Shown in pieces: positions 63,149 to 64,000 of a stretch of 64,000 nt of DNA. The stretch comes from an uncultured Solirubrobacterales bacterium. Lineage in GTDB: Bacteria; Actinomycetota; Thermoleophilia; Solirubrobacterales; 70-9. The stretch lies in assembly GCA_963705955.1 (NCBI GenBank), contig CAVPLH010000009.1, positions 20,893 to 84,892 of the forward strand, written 5' to 3'. A program made the translations under genes and the position numbers. A model generated the notes under the pieces. The model saw only the letters and a list, made by a program, of their open reading frames with translations, did not search any database and was not told where the DNA came from. Every line of letters begins with the position of its first letter. Position 1 is the first letter of the stretch.

Positions 63149-63559
63149 TCAGTTCGAGAGCAACCAGGCGATCAGCGTCGCGAGCACGAGGCACGCCTCG
63201 ATCACCGCGACGAGGGCGAGTGAGCCCGCCAGCGAGCCGGAGGCGAAGCCCGACCCGAGCCCGAACAGCAGCCCGACGGCGAGCAGCCCGAGCGCGACCG
63301 CGCCCCAGAGGAGCAACGCCCGCTCCCAGCGAGCGTCGGCCTCCAGCCCCCCGCCGAGCCGAGCGTGGATCGCGAACGGGGTCGCAAACAGGGCGCCGAA
63401 GAGCCCGATCGAGAACACGACCACCCAGGGGCTGAGGTGATCGAGCGAGGCGTACGGCGGGCCGGCGGCGGCGGCGAGCGCGATCGCCGCCAGCGCCAGC
63501 GCGAGGCCGGCGATCAAGAACGAGCTCGCCCTGGAAGCGGAGTCGCGGTCCGAGGCCAT
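63149..63559 (-). CDS. integral membrane protein (4 TM), unknown function
   Basis: 136-aa strongly hydrophobic ORF. Confidence 0.6.
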   Translation of the reverse strand: MASDRDSASRASSFLIAGLALALAAIALAAAAGPPYASLDHLSPWVVVFSIGLFGALFATPFAIHARLGGGLEADARWERALLLWGAVALGLLAVGLLFGLGSGFASGSLAGSLALVAVIEACLVLATLIAWLLSN

Positions 63560-63641
63560 CTCGGGCGAGCATCTCAGATCCGGGAGGTCTCGATTTCCGC
63601 CGGGCGGTCAACCGTTTCGTACGGCTCGCCGGATTGAACGC

Positions 63642-64000
63642 TCAGCCGGGTGGGGTGCTCGCGAGGCGGGGATGCCGACGAGCGGCCGGCGACCCATCGG
63701 CCGGGTCCCGGCGACGGATCGCGACGACCGCGGCGTCATCGTCGCGCGCCGCGGCGCCGAACTCCGCGAGTGCCCGGCGCACCCGCCCGACGACCAGCTC
63801 GGGGGACTCGGAGCCGGCGAGGCCGTGCTGCAGGCGCTCGACCCCGAACCGGCCGCCGCCTGGCCGGCGCGCCTCGATCACCCCGTCGGTGTAGAGCACC
63901 AGCTGGTCGCCCGGGTCGACCTCGACCTCGACCGCCTCCCAGTGCGCGTCCTCGGTCACCCCGAGCAGCGGCCCCGGGTGGCCGACCGGCTCCGCGGCGC
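63642..64000 (-). CDS. PP2C/SpoIIE-type serine phosphatase, C-terminal part; 5' end beyond the window
   Basis: ...GDQLVLYTDGVIEARRPGGGRFGVERL...DDDAAVVAIRR is the C-terminal PPM/SpoIIE pattern. The reading frame stays open to the window end. Confidence 0.75.
   Translation of the reverse strand, partial: AAEPVGHPGPLLGVTEDAHWEAVEVEVDPGDQLVLYTDGVIEARRPGGGRFGVERLQHGLAGSESPELVVGRVRRALAEFGAAARDDDAAVVAIRRRDPADGSPAARRHPRLASTPPG

Overview
64-kb, very GC-rich segment (about 70% G+C by eye, strong third-position GC bias). Gene content looks actinobacterial: mIHF, HemQ, PPK2, MMPL, YrbE/Mkl, and the DUF3618/DUF4235/DUF5679/DUF559 families, with many ATGA/GTGA-coupled operons. I can support about 70 protein-coding genes. 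Non-coding features: two riboswitch-like leaders (TPP upstream of a thiZXY-like ABC importer; a SAM-I-like core upstream of metH), a few hairpin terminators, two copies of a (GCAGCTG)n inverted-repeat element in intercistronic gaps, and a 60-bp tandem repeat. I saw no rRNA, tRNA, CRISPR array, transposase or integrase. Ordinary content: beta-oxidation genes, amt-glnK, metH, Fe-S/redox genes (BolA-Grx4, ErpA-like, FprA, HemQ) and an ABC-F ATPase. Less ordinary: (1) a 1050-aa AmpD-like amidase fused to three GT2 modules, next to a NodB deacetylase and a sulfotransferase; (2) a long minus-strand operon YrbEA-YrbEB-Mkl-MMPL-degenerate redoxin-B3/4 with no MCE/MlaD gene in the window; (3) a GT4 / flippase-like / large membrane protein cluster; (4) a GNAT-like plus alpha-oxoamine synthase divergent pair. 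One technical feature stands out: at least 14 single-nucleotide indels split conserved genes that are otherwise intact, which fits assembly error better than gene decay. Many long ORFs in the supplied track are GC-driven shadow ORFs and were not called. All family assignments come from reading motifs by eye; no database search was possible.
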